Origin: Eremomyces bilateralis CBS 781.70 | Taxonomy: Eukaryota | Length of the DNA stretch: 64,000 nt | NCBI GenBank assembly: GCA_010015585.1 | Contig: ML975165.1 | Direction: 5' to 3' (one strand) | Shown: positions 27,295-38,048 of the stretch, piece by piece | Numbering within the stretch: the first letter of the stretch is position 1 | Layout of the letters: every line of letters begins with the position of its first letter | Program-made: the position numbers and the translations under genes | The notes under the pieces: generated by a model | Seen by the model: the letters and a program-made list of their open reading frames with translations, nothing else | Database searches by the model: none | What the model was told of the DNA's origin: nothing

Positions 27295-29091
27295 CTAGAT
27301 CTCTACATCCTTCGCCACAACCTCTATTGCCTTCACCAGCCCTTCCACTGTTCCCCTTCTAGTATCTCTAGCGACCACCACTCTAATAAACTTGCCGTTA
27401 GGCCCCGGCGCATAATCCACCATGAAGCCTCGCTCAACTAGCCTTCTCACAATCTCCGCGCTAAGCCGTCCGTTATAGTCCTCATCCGCACTGAGCTCTC
27501 CGTCTTTCGCCCAGTAGAAGCACACCTGCAGACACGGCAGCGGCTTCTGCGAGATCAGGACAAAATTCTTCCGTTCGGACAGGAGCTCGTATAAGTGGCC
27601 AGCAACGTCGAAGGCGTCCTCGAGGAGTTTCGCGTATCCGGACGTGCCGTAGTAATTCCAGCCGAGGAAGAGTTTCAGGGCGTCGCCTTTTCGTCCGCAT
27701 TGGGGCGTTAGGTCTGCTAGATCGTAGAACTCGCCGGACTCTTCTTCCTCGTTGTGGAATAAGCTGTGATGAGTTAGGGGAGGTGGTCCCATGGACGGAC
27801 ACTGTTCAGACTTACTATCCTGCCTTGAGCGTGCTTGCAGCCTTGAATAACCTCAAGTCCCTGCCAACCAGGAAACTACAGGTAACCGGTACTCCGAGCA
27901 TCTTATGAGGCGTGATAGCCATGCTATCCACATCCTCTATCCCATCAAGTCTTCCCTTTCGCAACTTCTCCGAAAACAGCACTGGACCACCCCACGACCC
28001 ATCAACATGGCACCACAATCCCTCTCTCCGCGCGACCTTCGCGATCTCCCCGATAGGATCAAAACTCCCCAACACCGTCGTCCCAGCTGTCGCATTCACG
28101 AAAAACGGCAGTTCTCCCCTCTCCTTCGCCGCAGCAATCTCCTTCTCCAACTCCTCCACAATAATCCTCCCCCGCTCATCCACCTTCACCGTCCGAACGG
28201 CCCCAGACCCCAACCCCGCCATCACACACGCCTTCTCCACACTATAATGCCCATGCTCGCTCGTCAATACCACCAACCTCTTCCCCCCCGGCACCGCGCC
28301 GTTCCCCCCCTCCTTCGTCTCCGGAAACATCGTCACCTTCGCAATCAACATCGCCAACTGATTGCTCGCACTGCCACCATTCTGCGCGACCCCGCCAGCG
28401 AACCGAAAGGGGCGGTTCCCCTCCGCATCCACGGCATCGCGGTCCCAGCCGACGAGCTTCGCGAGCGCGAAGCTAGTCGTCCGCTCGACTTCGGTGAGCG
28501 CGGGCGACACGTGGGCGACGTGCAGGTTGGTGTTGAGGGTAGCGAGGAGGAGCTCGGCGGCGAGGCCCGGGGCGTTGGTGGCAGCGTAGAGCTTGTCGAG
28601 GAAGCCGGGGCTGAAGGTGTTGACAGAGTAGGAGAGGAGGAGGCGTGCTAGGGAGGTGAGGCCGGGGGGGCCGGTGCCAGTGGTGGGGAGGGAGAGGTTG
28701 AGGAGGGAGGTGATGGAGGGGGAGGGGTGGGGTTCGACGAGGGTAGTACGGTGGGAGATGGGGGTGTTTGTGTCAGTAATGCCGTTCGTGACGCCGTTAC
28801 GAGACGGGGCCAGGTCCGGGTCCTCGAGGCTATAGCGGAGGGAGCCGGGAGTGGAGACTGGTATTGTCAGGCCTTGACCGGATGGGATGACTTTGGTATC
28901 CTCGTCCGCCGTTTGAATGAATGGAATTATCAGTTGTTGCAGTCGCGTCAAGACCTGGTAACTTGTTAGCAATGCGATATCAATATAAATTATCGACCAC
29001 AGACTGAATAAGGCCTCGGTACTTCGTTCAGAAATTTATTCACCGAAGTACACAGTCCTTTGATCTTGACTGGGACGATTGGGGCATTCAT
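27295..29091 (-). CDS. Group II PLP-dependent decarboxylase (glutamate/cysteine-sulfinate decarboxylase-like)
   Basis: GFLDKLY, HYSVEKA, ATAGTTVLGSFD, HVDGSWGG, PLP-lysine TPHKM, QCGRKGDALK; introns about 27767-27818 and 28957-29022. Confidence 0.87.
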
Positions 29092-30130
29092 TGTACCTCT
29101 GCTACCTCATCCGCTCGACTTGGACTAATCTGCTCCTTGGACAACATTCTACGCCGCTGAAACAACTTTGGTATTGTATGCGAATCTCATATATACCCTA
29201 GGACTTTTTGAAAATATTTGACAATAGAAAACCGCAAGACTTGGGATAAATAATAAATCGGTAAACGAGATGTTCGAACAAAAATACCACCCCAAGAGTT
29301 GTATTGACTTAATTTAATTAGCTTGCCCCCCAATTGTGCGCAGTCTCTATTTATATTGGGGGAAAAGTCGATGATAGTGCTTGGTATTCGCCGCATCATC
29401 CATCACGGTATGGTACGCTACCATCACATCACACCATTTTATGCCACTTGCACCCACGTGGAATCCCGGGAAATCTGGGGATTCGGACCTGTTTAGCCGA
29501 GCTCAAGAGATGTGAGCGGCAAATACTACGTACTATTAGGTAGCAATATCACTGGGATAGTTGGTCATGGAGTCATGTACCCCGTTGGAAAGGTCTCTAG
29601 CATATATGATGACCAATTTTTTCCTATCCGAAGTCTCGAATAAATAAATTCGCCACACGACTAAGTTCAGCCCTACGAAGAACTTGGGGAATACGGATAT
29701 AGAGAACCGGAGCCGTGGACCTCCTGGGCTTTGAACGCTGACCAATTTACCATTCCTCCGATTGCTACTATTCAATTACCGGCATTTCTCCATAATGCTC
29801 TGGGGATGAAGAACGATACCAGTATTAACAAGAAACATCCGGGAGCAATCCCGATCTCCAAAAGCAAAGAGAGCGATACCAAGTCCATGTTATAATGACT
29901 GTTGAAAAATGGAAGAATACCTAGGTCGAATACTCTATGTGATGTTACATGGCACGTCGAATCCCGAATCCTCCTTGCGTGGGCCCAACCCAATGCGTAT
30001 GCCTCTCCTCGGGGTGTACATCCTAATAAACCTTGGATCATAGCCCCCCATCGCGCATCGCGGACACAGGTATGAGGCCTTCGGGGGTCCACCGAGCGAG
30101 TGCACGCGGATCGTGTTGGTGGGCCAAAAT

Positions 30131-30979
30131 TTAGGGCAGCTTATCAGATCCAGGCCTCGGGCGCAGGAACTCTGGATCGATAGCCACTGATGGCCACATA
30201 TACGTGAAGAAATTCGTTCTACGACACACATCTCCGTATGTACCGTACGGTTGCTCTGCTTCGACGGCGGTTCTCGGTTGTATTGGAGCCGGATCCTCGG
30301 TTTTGGAATCGTATATGGTTAGCCGTGGTACCACTAAAAAATTCGCAGGTCGCCAAGGGAGTTCGATGGTGTTCCGCTCAGATGCGTCCAGGGCGCGGCA
30401 ATGTGGACCGTCCGGATCGAGGATCGGCTGATATCTTGCCCAGTATGACAACAATTCACCTCGAGCGTCCGGGGATAGGAAGAATATGTGATCGCCTTGT
30501 ATCGCTACGTTGTCGGCGGACTTCCAGAGAAAATCGCCGATACCCGTCCTCCACAACTGACCGCTGATGAAGAGATGGATCTTGCACACGTGGTGATGCC
30601 CATCCACTGGATGGATGGGAATGCGAAGGGGACCAATCCAGAGTCCTGATACCCAATGAAGTTGTTCGAATGTTTCAGCTTCGGCACAGCGTGGACAAAC
30701 TTCGATGCTACACCAACATGCTGGGGGCACGGATCGGAATATCGAAATCGGAGAGCGCAACTCGACCTTAGGAGGGCCTCTTTTATACGCAAGGTTGAGT
30801 TTTTGGCCGATGAATGGATGGCGTATGTTTGTAGGGAGCGTCGCTATCTTCCTAGCTCGGGGTTCGACGTTGGCCGTGCATCGTATTACTTTCGGTGACT
30901 GTATGAGTCTTCCCCTCGTCGAATAGTTGTCAGTCCGTGACCTGCGCAGCCGGGTGCGAAACGATCGTAATCCTGGCAT
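30131..30979 (-). CDS. Hypothetical 282-aa protein with Cys/His cluster
   Basis: Uninterrupted ATG-initiated ORF; CWCSIEVCPRC and HHHVC; no family recognised. Confidence 0.45.
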   Translation of the reverse strand: MPGLRSFRTRLRRSRTDNYSTRGRLIQSPKVIRCTANVEPRARKIATLPTNIRHPFIGQKLNLAYKRGPPKVELRSPISIFRSVPPACWCSIEVCPRCAEAETFEQLHWVSGLWIGPLRIPIHPVDGHHHVCKIHLFISGQLWRTGIGDFLWKSADNVAIQGDHIFFLSPDARGELLSYWARYQPILDPDGPHCRALDASERNTIELPWRPANFLVVPRLTIYDSKTEDPAPIQPRTAVEAEQPYGTYGDVCRRTNFFTYMWPSVAIDPEFLRPRPGSDKLP

Positions 30980-31006
30980 GGTAACGATAGGCTTGGTGAT
31001 GATAGT

Positions 31007-31528
31007 TCACTTCGATTCGGTGCCTGAACTATTGTCATCGGGTGAAGGGTTGTGGATCGTCTGCATGAGGTCGTAGAGCTGAACAAGTTGCTCGTCTACG
31101 TATCCTGTGTCAGTACAAGAAAGAACGCCTTTCGATGGCTTGGGTGGTAAGGCCGACTCACCACTCATCTTCGCCATTTTCCCCTGATCTAATTTCTCTT
31201 CTCGCCAGGACTCTCCTTCGAGGGCTTGGGCATATTGCTGCCATTCGGAGAGGAACCCGATCTTGCCAAGGTCAGCAAACACTTAGGGAGTATTCATGGA
31301 CAGGTGACCAACTATATGCACGGGGTTTTCGACGGTTTTGTGAGCCCGAAACTCGCTTTTGACATACTGATCTCCCAGCATCCGCATGTCTGGATGTAGC
31401 TTCCGGCGATGAGCCCGAAGAATCCGTCGGTATAAGGGGATCGGTGGCAGCAGCGCTACAGAGGATCTTGCAGTGGCCAATTGAGCAGCCGATGCTGCGG
31501 TGGCCATCGTCTTCAGACTTGGTCTCAT
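31007..31528 (-). CDS. SDH7: Succinate dehydrogenase assembly factor 3 (Acn9/Sdh7, LYR family)
   Basis: [42 protein letters not shown]; intron about 31262-31312. Confidence 0.92.
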
Positions 31529-31653
31529 GGTTCACGATTGACTTGTCCAAGAAGGTGAATTTTCTCTTTTATTATTAAGATGATTCATGATTCCAACAAC
31601 TTTTCATCAGGAATACATGAAGCAATGCACCGAGGTTGGGGGAAGCACCGAGT

Positions 31654-31663
31654 ATCACGTGAT
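31654..31663. promoter_or_regulatory. Palindromic E-box ATCACGTGAT in the SDH7/MTQ2 divergent promoter
   Basis: Perfect 10-bp palindrome containing CACGTG within a divergent intergenic region of about 425 bp. Confidence 0.4.
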
Positions 31664-31953
31664 TATAGAATTGCTGAGATCCGATTGGTCCAATCTGTGG
31701 CTCCCTTCACGGCATTTAATTATCAAATATTAACATCCTTCAACGACATCCATCATCTCCACAAGCTTACCAGTGCCTACCATACCAACCTACCTATTCA
31801 AGTTGTTTCTACACAGATATATTAGTAGGATTCAGCGTTGCCCCACATCTACATATTTTCCTCTGATGCCACTAAGGAGTCGACATCCAATCCTAAAGCC
31901 AACAATAATAGGACATCTGTTTGCCGGACATTTCTTTGTTCAATCTCGAGACA

Positions 31954-32715
31954 ATGCTTCCTACTCCCTCTACGAGTCATGTCAATTTCAATCGAGTCTA
32001 TGAGCCAGCTGAAGATTCATTCTTGCTACTTGATACTCTATCAGCAAGCTCGGAGATAAAGTTTCTCTCTGAAAGATTCAAGACATCCCCTCCACCTCTG
32101 ATTATGGAGGTCGGTAGCGGATCAGGCGTTGTGCTTGCCTTTGTGGCTGCACATGCCAATCATATTTTCGGTCGTTCAGACTCCATGTTTCTAAGTTCCG
32201 ATCTCAATGTTTTCGCTTGTCATTCAACCTCGAACACGGTTCTGAAGGCCATTGATTCCGCAAGCAGCCTTGGGGAGAAACGTTCTTTGTTCCTCAACTC
32301 CCTCAACGCGGATCTTTTGTCATGCCTCAAAGCGAATAGCGTGGACGTTCTGATTTTCAATCCGCCATACGTGCCCACTTCCGAGGTGCCGGAGCGTAAA
32401 GCTAGTCTATTTCCAGATCCGGTAAATGAAGCCCCGGTATCGTTTGATGATGAATCGCATTTCCTTTCCTTATCATATGCTGGCGGGGTAGATGGAATGG
32501 AGGTCACGAACCGTCTCCTTGAAGATCTCCCCCGGGTCCTCCACAGAGCTCATGGAGTGGCATATATACTATTGTGCGCCCAGAATCGACCAAGAGAGGT
32601 ACAATCCCATGTGAAGGCATGGGGCCCTTCCTGGGAAGTGGAGATCGTCTCCTCCAGCGGCAAGAAAGCAGGATGGGAAAAACTGGTTGTTCTGCGAGTT
32701 AGTAGGGCTGGATGA
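31954..32715 (+). CDS. MTQ2: eRF1 glutamine methyltransferase (HemK2/N6AMT1/Mtq2)
   Basis: MLPTPSTSHV, VYEPAEDSFLLLD, EVGSGSG, NPPY, AGGVDG. Confidence 0.92.
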   Translation: MLPTPSTSHVNFNRVYEPAEDSFLLLDTLSASSEIKFLSERFKTSPPPLIMEVGSGSGVVLAFVAAHANHIFGRSDSMFLSSDLNVFACHSTSNTVLKAIDSASSLGEKRSLFLNSLNADLLSCLKANSVDVLIFNPPYVPTSEVPERKASLFPDPVNEAPVSFDDESHFLSLSYAGGVDGMEVTNRLLEDLPRVLHRAHGVAYILLCAQNRPREVQSHVKAWGPSWEVEIVSSSGKKAGWEKLVVLRVSRAG

Positions 32716-32823
32716 GCTAAATGGAGATCGCAAGGGGATTTTCGGACGGTGCACACTCTCATATTCATTGCGTGGGGCAGTCCACGGAGACGTGTCGCTG
32801 GATGCGGCAATGCCAGAGTGCTA

Positions 32824-34617
32824 ATGGAAATCATTCCGAGTAACAGTCTTTCATACTGTTTAGTATGGCTTGGCTTCGACTGTCAAAGAAGCATTGATGC
32901 GATGCAGGACATTGTCAAGCCCATATTATGCAAAGAGCAGCCGGCAAGCACTCTCAAGCTACAGCGAGGAACATACGCTTCCCACGAACGGTGTACTCAT
33001 CCTCTGGTTGAATGGCCCCGACCTCCAATCTCGATCATGAATAATATTACTTACATGTCCCCCCCCGTCCCGCCGCTGAGACCATGGAATATGGGGCAAC
33101 GGAGGACAGCAGAAAACCTGAGGAGTTTTCGATCCGATCGAAAGGTCGGAAGTGGTGGATTTGGAGAAGTGTGGACCTATATCGAGAACAGACCGAAACG
33201 AAACGAAGAAAATGTTATCGCGGTGAAATTCGTCAAGTTTAGCCGCGCCGCACGCCAAGAGGCGAAGGCCCTGAGACATGCCAATAAAATAAATCGACGC
33301 GACGAAGAGCGGCATGCACTGGTACTCGAATTCTTCGGGCATTGCACACATCAACCGCACCCTGACACGAGGAATCCCCCATCGAGTGTTATAGTCACAG
33401 AATATTGCAACCTTGGGAGTTGTGCTGATTGGCTGGATGTGCAGTGCCGATCAAAGGGATTAGCTATCCCGGAATTCGAACTCATGTTTTTCGTTTACCA
33501 TGTAACCTCAGCTCTTGCATGGCTCCACGAAGGCGATCGCGGCGATCATGGGAGGGAAACTGAATGGAAGCCTATGGTGCATTGCGACATCAAACCAGGC
33601 AATATACTGATCAGACGCGATAGTCGGAGTCCTCTAGGCAAAAGTTTCGTCTTGGCAGACTTTGGATTAGCAACGTTTTTGGCTGAAGGAGAATCCACTG
33701 TCAGGAGCGGGGGCACCGATCGTTATATGGCTCCAGAGATGGTCGACTATGCCGAAAACGGGTCACGGACCATACGCAATTCACTATTATCAGATGTGTG
33801 GGCAGTCGGAGCGTGCCTACAAGAGCTCGCTAGAAGAGAGACGCCGTACAGAACGAATCATCTCACAGATGAGCAGCTGGCGGATCGAACGCAGATTCGA
33901 CGACATGCTGATAGGGTTGGCGGAATTTTAAGACTAGATCAGGATCCAATCGGGAACGGACAACCTCTGGACCCATCCCAGCCCAACATCGACGTCTGGT
34001 TTCGCCGGTACGGGTGTCGCTTATTTGCGTACTCGAACAGGCTGGAAATAGTCAAGAACCTTTGTCTCCAGCCAAATGTCGTACTTCGAGGCAGTGCAAG
34101 GAACGTCCGAGACTTCGCCGGCCGTGTGGTCAAGGGTTCGCAAGCGCACTATCTCAAAGCAAAGGAGATGGGCGACGACTACTGGACTGTGGCTGAATTC
34201 AGCTGGACAATGAAGAAGGCTTGGTGGGTCCATGCTTACGCGCACAAACGAAAGCCCTGGACAAAGGCTGACGGATCCTTTTCTTCGGAATCCATGACAT
34301 TTCTGAACTACTTGCGAAGGGAAGTTCACCAACGGCAGTTTTGTATCGACATGAGGCCGATAGATTTCGACAACCTTCGATCTCAATTTAGTAACGACGA
34401 GCATCAAGGAGTTCCCCTTCGTGATCCAATTGCAGAGAAAGCGCTATTGGCTCGAGCACAGGAGCTATTCAACGAACTCGTTCCCATGATCAAAAACGGA
34501 ACCGACAATGATAAAAATACTCGATGGATGGAAATTATGCTTGAACTGTGTACTACAACTTTCCCAATTGTTGACTGGATTGAGACCACTCATGATGAGA
34601 ATGGGAACCCACGTTGA
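32824..34617 (+). CDS. Divergent intronless Ser/Thr protein kinase (start uncertain: ATG at 32824, 32902 or 33037)
   Basis: GSGGFGEV, IAVK, HCDIKPGN, DFG, GTDRYMAPE, DVWAVG. Confidence 0.82.
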   Translation: MEIIPSNSLSYCLVWLGFDCQRSIDAMQDIVKPILCKEQPASTLKLQRGTYASHERCTHPLVEWPRPPISIMNNITYMSPPVPPLRPWNMGQRRTAENLRSFRSDRKVGSGGFGEVWTYIENRPKRNEENVIAVKFVKFSRAARQEAKALRHANKINRRDEERHALVLEFFGHCTHQPHPDTRNPPSSVIVTEYCNLGSCADWLDVQCRSKGLAIPEFELMFFVYHVTSALAWLHEGDRGDHGRETEWKPMVHCDIKPGNILIRRDSRSPLGKSFVLADFGLATFLAEGESTVRSGGTDRYMAPEMVDYAENGSRTIRNSLLSDVWAVGACLQELARRETPYRTNHLTDEQLADRTQIRRHADRVGGILRLDQDPIGNGQPLDPSQPNIDVWFRRYGCRLFAYSNRLEIVKNLCLQPNVVLRGSARNVRDFAGRVVKGSQAHYLKAKEMGDDYWTVAEFSWTMKKAWWVHAYAHKRKPWTKADGSFSSESMTFLNYLRREVHQRQFCIDMRPIDFDNLRSQFSNDEHQGVPLRDPIAEKALLARAQELFNELVPMIKNGTDNDKNTRWMEIMLELCTTTFPIVDWIETTHDENGNPR

Positions 34618-34992
34618 AGGGTGTCTTGAGACAGAATTGGTTTTCCTAATATCGTTGTAAATCTTCTGAAAATTGGGTATCGTAACTCTATACAGGTGGA
34701 AGCCTCATGGATGATCGAGATATCAAAACAACCCCTTTCGTGCACAAGAGCCTAGTTGATGACACGAAGGGCTCGACCCTTACACACGTATATACTGATA
34801 CCGGCAGTGTACGATACTGCTCCTGCATACAGACCTCCCTCTTTATGTTAATGGGCCCCTCTTTTGAATATAGTTGAAGTTAGCTCAATCAGACTGGTCG
34901 AATTTGAATTGGATCTCTATTGGTGCCGAGATATAGTCAGCTGGCGGCACCAGCATTGAATTGCCTATGATTGCCTTGTTCTTCCGAAACCC

Positions 34993-35030
34993 CTCGTCGC
35001 ATCTCGTCGCATCTCGTCGCATCTCCTCGC
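34993..35030. repeat. Short tandem repeat (CTCGTCGCAT) x about 3.8
   Basis: Directly visible between the converging kinase and AMO1 3' ends. Confidence 0.7.
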
Positions 35031-35253
35031 GATGTCTTAAACAACTATCAAATTTGCGCTTGCGGGAGCAGGGCCCCAGCCATTCTAGCTGAATCTATCA
35101 TCCGCGCCGTGCTGGACAAAATGGCCTTCCAATTTCGAAATCAGACTGGTTCCTCCGTTCCTAAAACACCCGCACCATGCCGTGCCAACTTTCTGGCACT
35201 GCCATGAATCCCAATTTTGCACTCCATGTGCATCATCACGTTTCCTAGCACGC

Positions 35254-36965
35254 TCAAGCATTCCAACCAGACCACTCAGGTTTTGGGGGCATCTCAGGGA
35301 CAAGGATCCTCCCCTGGTCGTTCACCCATCCTCCCCCTTGGATGGCTTGTTGATAGATTGCCCCCAGCTTCTCTATGCCTCCGGCATTCGCGATCTCTTC
35401 TTCTGTGGGAGCCGCATATTGATTGAACGCAGCAGGGGTTCCATTCGGGTGGAAGACGTGAGTGATTTTGCCCGTCGCTGGATCAAGGTAGTAGGGCTGA
35501 CCATTTTCCCATCTCACCGGTTGGCCGTGCCAAGTGTGGAGCTGGCCAGCTGCGTTGTATGTGGCGTTTGAATTCCGCTGGCCTCCCTGGAATTGTTCCG
35601 CCGTGGGTGTAGGTTGGGCGAGTGCGTTGGTATGATGGTTGATTATAGGCTGACCGAAGCCGCTGGGGGTTGGGCTAATCGCAGGTTGTGCGAAAGGAGC
35701 AGCTGGGCTAGGAACTGGTTGGCCGAAGGCATTTTGATTCGGATCTGCGGCTGGAGTCACGAATGGAGCGGGGAGTCCGAAACCGGTTGCGGGTGGTTGT
35801 GGTTGTGGTTGAGGTTGAGGTTGGAATTGTGATGGGGCGTTATCCATCGCCGTGTTTGCGAAAGGGCTAGACTGTTGTTGCTGTTGTTGCTGTTGACCGA
35901 AAGGCCCCTGTGGGAGTCCACCGGCATTTTGACCGAATGCAGGTTGCCCGAAAGAGTTCCCGGAGACTTGAGGCTGATTGAAACCGCCGGTTTGTCCTGC
36001 TGGTGCTTGTCCGAATGGGCTGGGATTCTGCTGACCGAAAGGACTAGGAGAAGGCTGCCCGAACGGTGTCGCCCCGGGAGTAGGCTGATTAGATGCTCCG
36101 AACTGGGATCGGCGACCTTTTGCGAAAGGTTGATCGGTGCTCGTGTTTTTGTTACAGATATCAATCCGGTTAGGGTGGACGTCTTTCCCACCAAGTACGT
36201 ACTCTGCAGCCGCTTTCAAATTGCCCAAAATGTTTTGAACTTGTTCGTTAACGGCGGCAGCGAGCTGCTTCTCTTCGGCGTCCTGATGAATCAATTAGCA
36301 CCTGCACATCTTCTACGAGAGAAATACCAACCCCTGCCTGTGGGTTCCCGGCTGCCTGAGCCATATAGAAGCGCACTCTTAGCTCTTCGGGACTCTGTTC
36401 GGCAGGCAACCCATCGATAAGTTGCCTGGTTGAGCTTTTCCCTTCGGGGTCGTAGCAAGAGCAGATCCACTCAGGACGATTTGATTTTAGATCATCTTGA
36501 ATTGCATCCATAATGGTCCTGTGCATGATTCCTGGTTAGAATGCGGTGATGGTATCGAGGGTGATGGTTCGGATATACTGGAGCTCTTTGTTCGCTTGAT
36601 AAGCCGCATGTCCCCTGCCTATAGATTTATTAGAGTTTCATTCAAGACAAAAAAGGCATATCTCTCATCTATGCGTGGGAATGCACGCCGAGCTCAATAT
36701 TCGTGAAGACAGGAAATATGCATACCACTGGGACCCTGTCCACTTTGCCCACCTCGTCCACCTCGTCCGCCTCTTCCACCCCGTCCCCCTGAGGAAGGAC
36801 CTTGGCCATAACCTTGGTTTTGATTCGAGCCTCCTTGACCTACGGGATGCTCAAACCTACAATTATCTAGATATATTTGAGTACAAGTGTTTCGCTTTGA
36901 ATGGGACTGGCAGTCTTACTCCCGTTCCTGCAATTGCCTTGGAGGAAGAACTTGCAGACAGCCAT
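35254..36965 (-). CDS. AMO1: CCCH zinc-finger FG nucleoporin Amo1/Nup42, multi-exon
   Basis: MAVCKFFLQGNCRNG CCCH start, RG-rich segment, EQSPEELRVRFY, PFGQ repeats, terminal PEMPPKPEW. Confidence 0.82.
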
Positions 36966-37638
36966 TGGGATTTGGGGCGACTGATGACCCTAGAGAGGAA
37001 TTTGCACGTCGAAGCTTACACTGTCGGTTGATTGTGTCTAATCAAGTCTAAGGGATAACGCGTTGGAATACGTGAACTTGGTGATATCCAGGGAACCGGA
37101 AGTGATGGTTGTTGTTTGGTTCGGGTTGCAGTGTCGCGTCGCTCGTCCAAAGAGACGAACGTCTTATCGTAAAACGAAGGATATTAATAGAGAATGATGG
37201 TGGAAGAATCTAAAATTGAAAGAGTCAAAGTGGGGTGAAAGATGAAAGATATGGTGAATTTGGTTCAAGTCATTTGACTCAGACAACTGGTCGCAGTAAA
37301 TGAATGACCTCAAGGCAGTCACCACCCAATCAAGTTAGCCCATTACCGTGCGGATTATAAATACACTATCTAATTGGTCAAATTATGCCTTAGTCAGAAG
37401 CACTATACCTAAAGTATACATATATAGTACAGTGATGGACAACATCCCAAGTTCCTACCAGGGCCCGACGATATTGACCACCACGATACGGACCCTATCG
37501 GCGCTGTTACCTTCTTCCAGATCTCTCAGAATGCCTAGGAACAACTGCAGAAGGCGTGACGGTGCCCCATTACAGGCAAGGAATGAAATCTAGCTTTCTG
37601 CATCCTTTGCGCTACCCTCCATCGCTCGCGACGGATTC

Positions 37639-38018
37639 ATGCACCCCTTCTCCATCCTGACCTTGGGGATCTTTGTCGCCGGATACATTACCGCCCGCTG
37701 GGACCTTGTAACTCGCCTGTATGAGCTTGCTATCTTTGCCTGGGATCACGGTGTTATTGTGAGATCAGAGACCACCCTTCTGTCGTGTCTGGTGAAGCTA
37801 ACTGCAACGATAGACACGTGCAGCTAAAGGATTCACGGCCCTCTCGATCATCTTCCTCGTCATAGTCATCCCGGTCAATCGGATCGCAGCTCGAGAAAGC
37901 GAACTGGTACTTCCCACACCTCCAAGTGATCGATTCCTACTGACATATCCAGCAACCGCGAATCGGTGGCCGAGGTATTTCAGCTCGCGAGCAGCTTCAG
38001 CGGCGCGGCTCGTTCTAA
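37639..38018 (+). CDS. Small 92-aa predicted membrane protein, 3 exons, immediately upstream of GPI1
   Basis: Exons 37639-37758, 37814-37906 and 37953-38018 join in frame; both introns are GT-AG with branch sites; two hydrophobic segments. Confidence 0.75.
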
Positions 38019-38048
38019 GCATTCGGGGCCCGGCATGTCGATACAATC

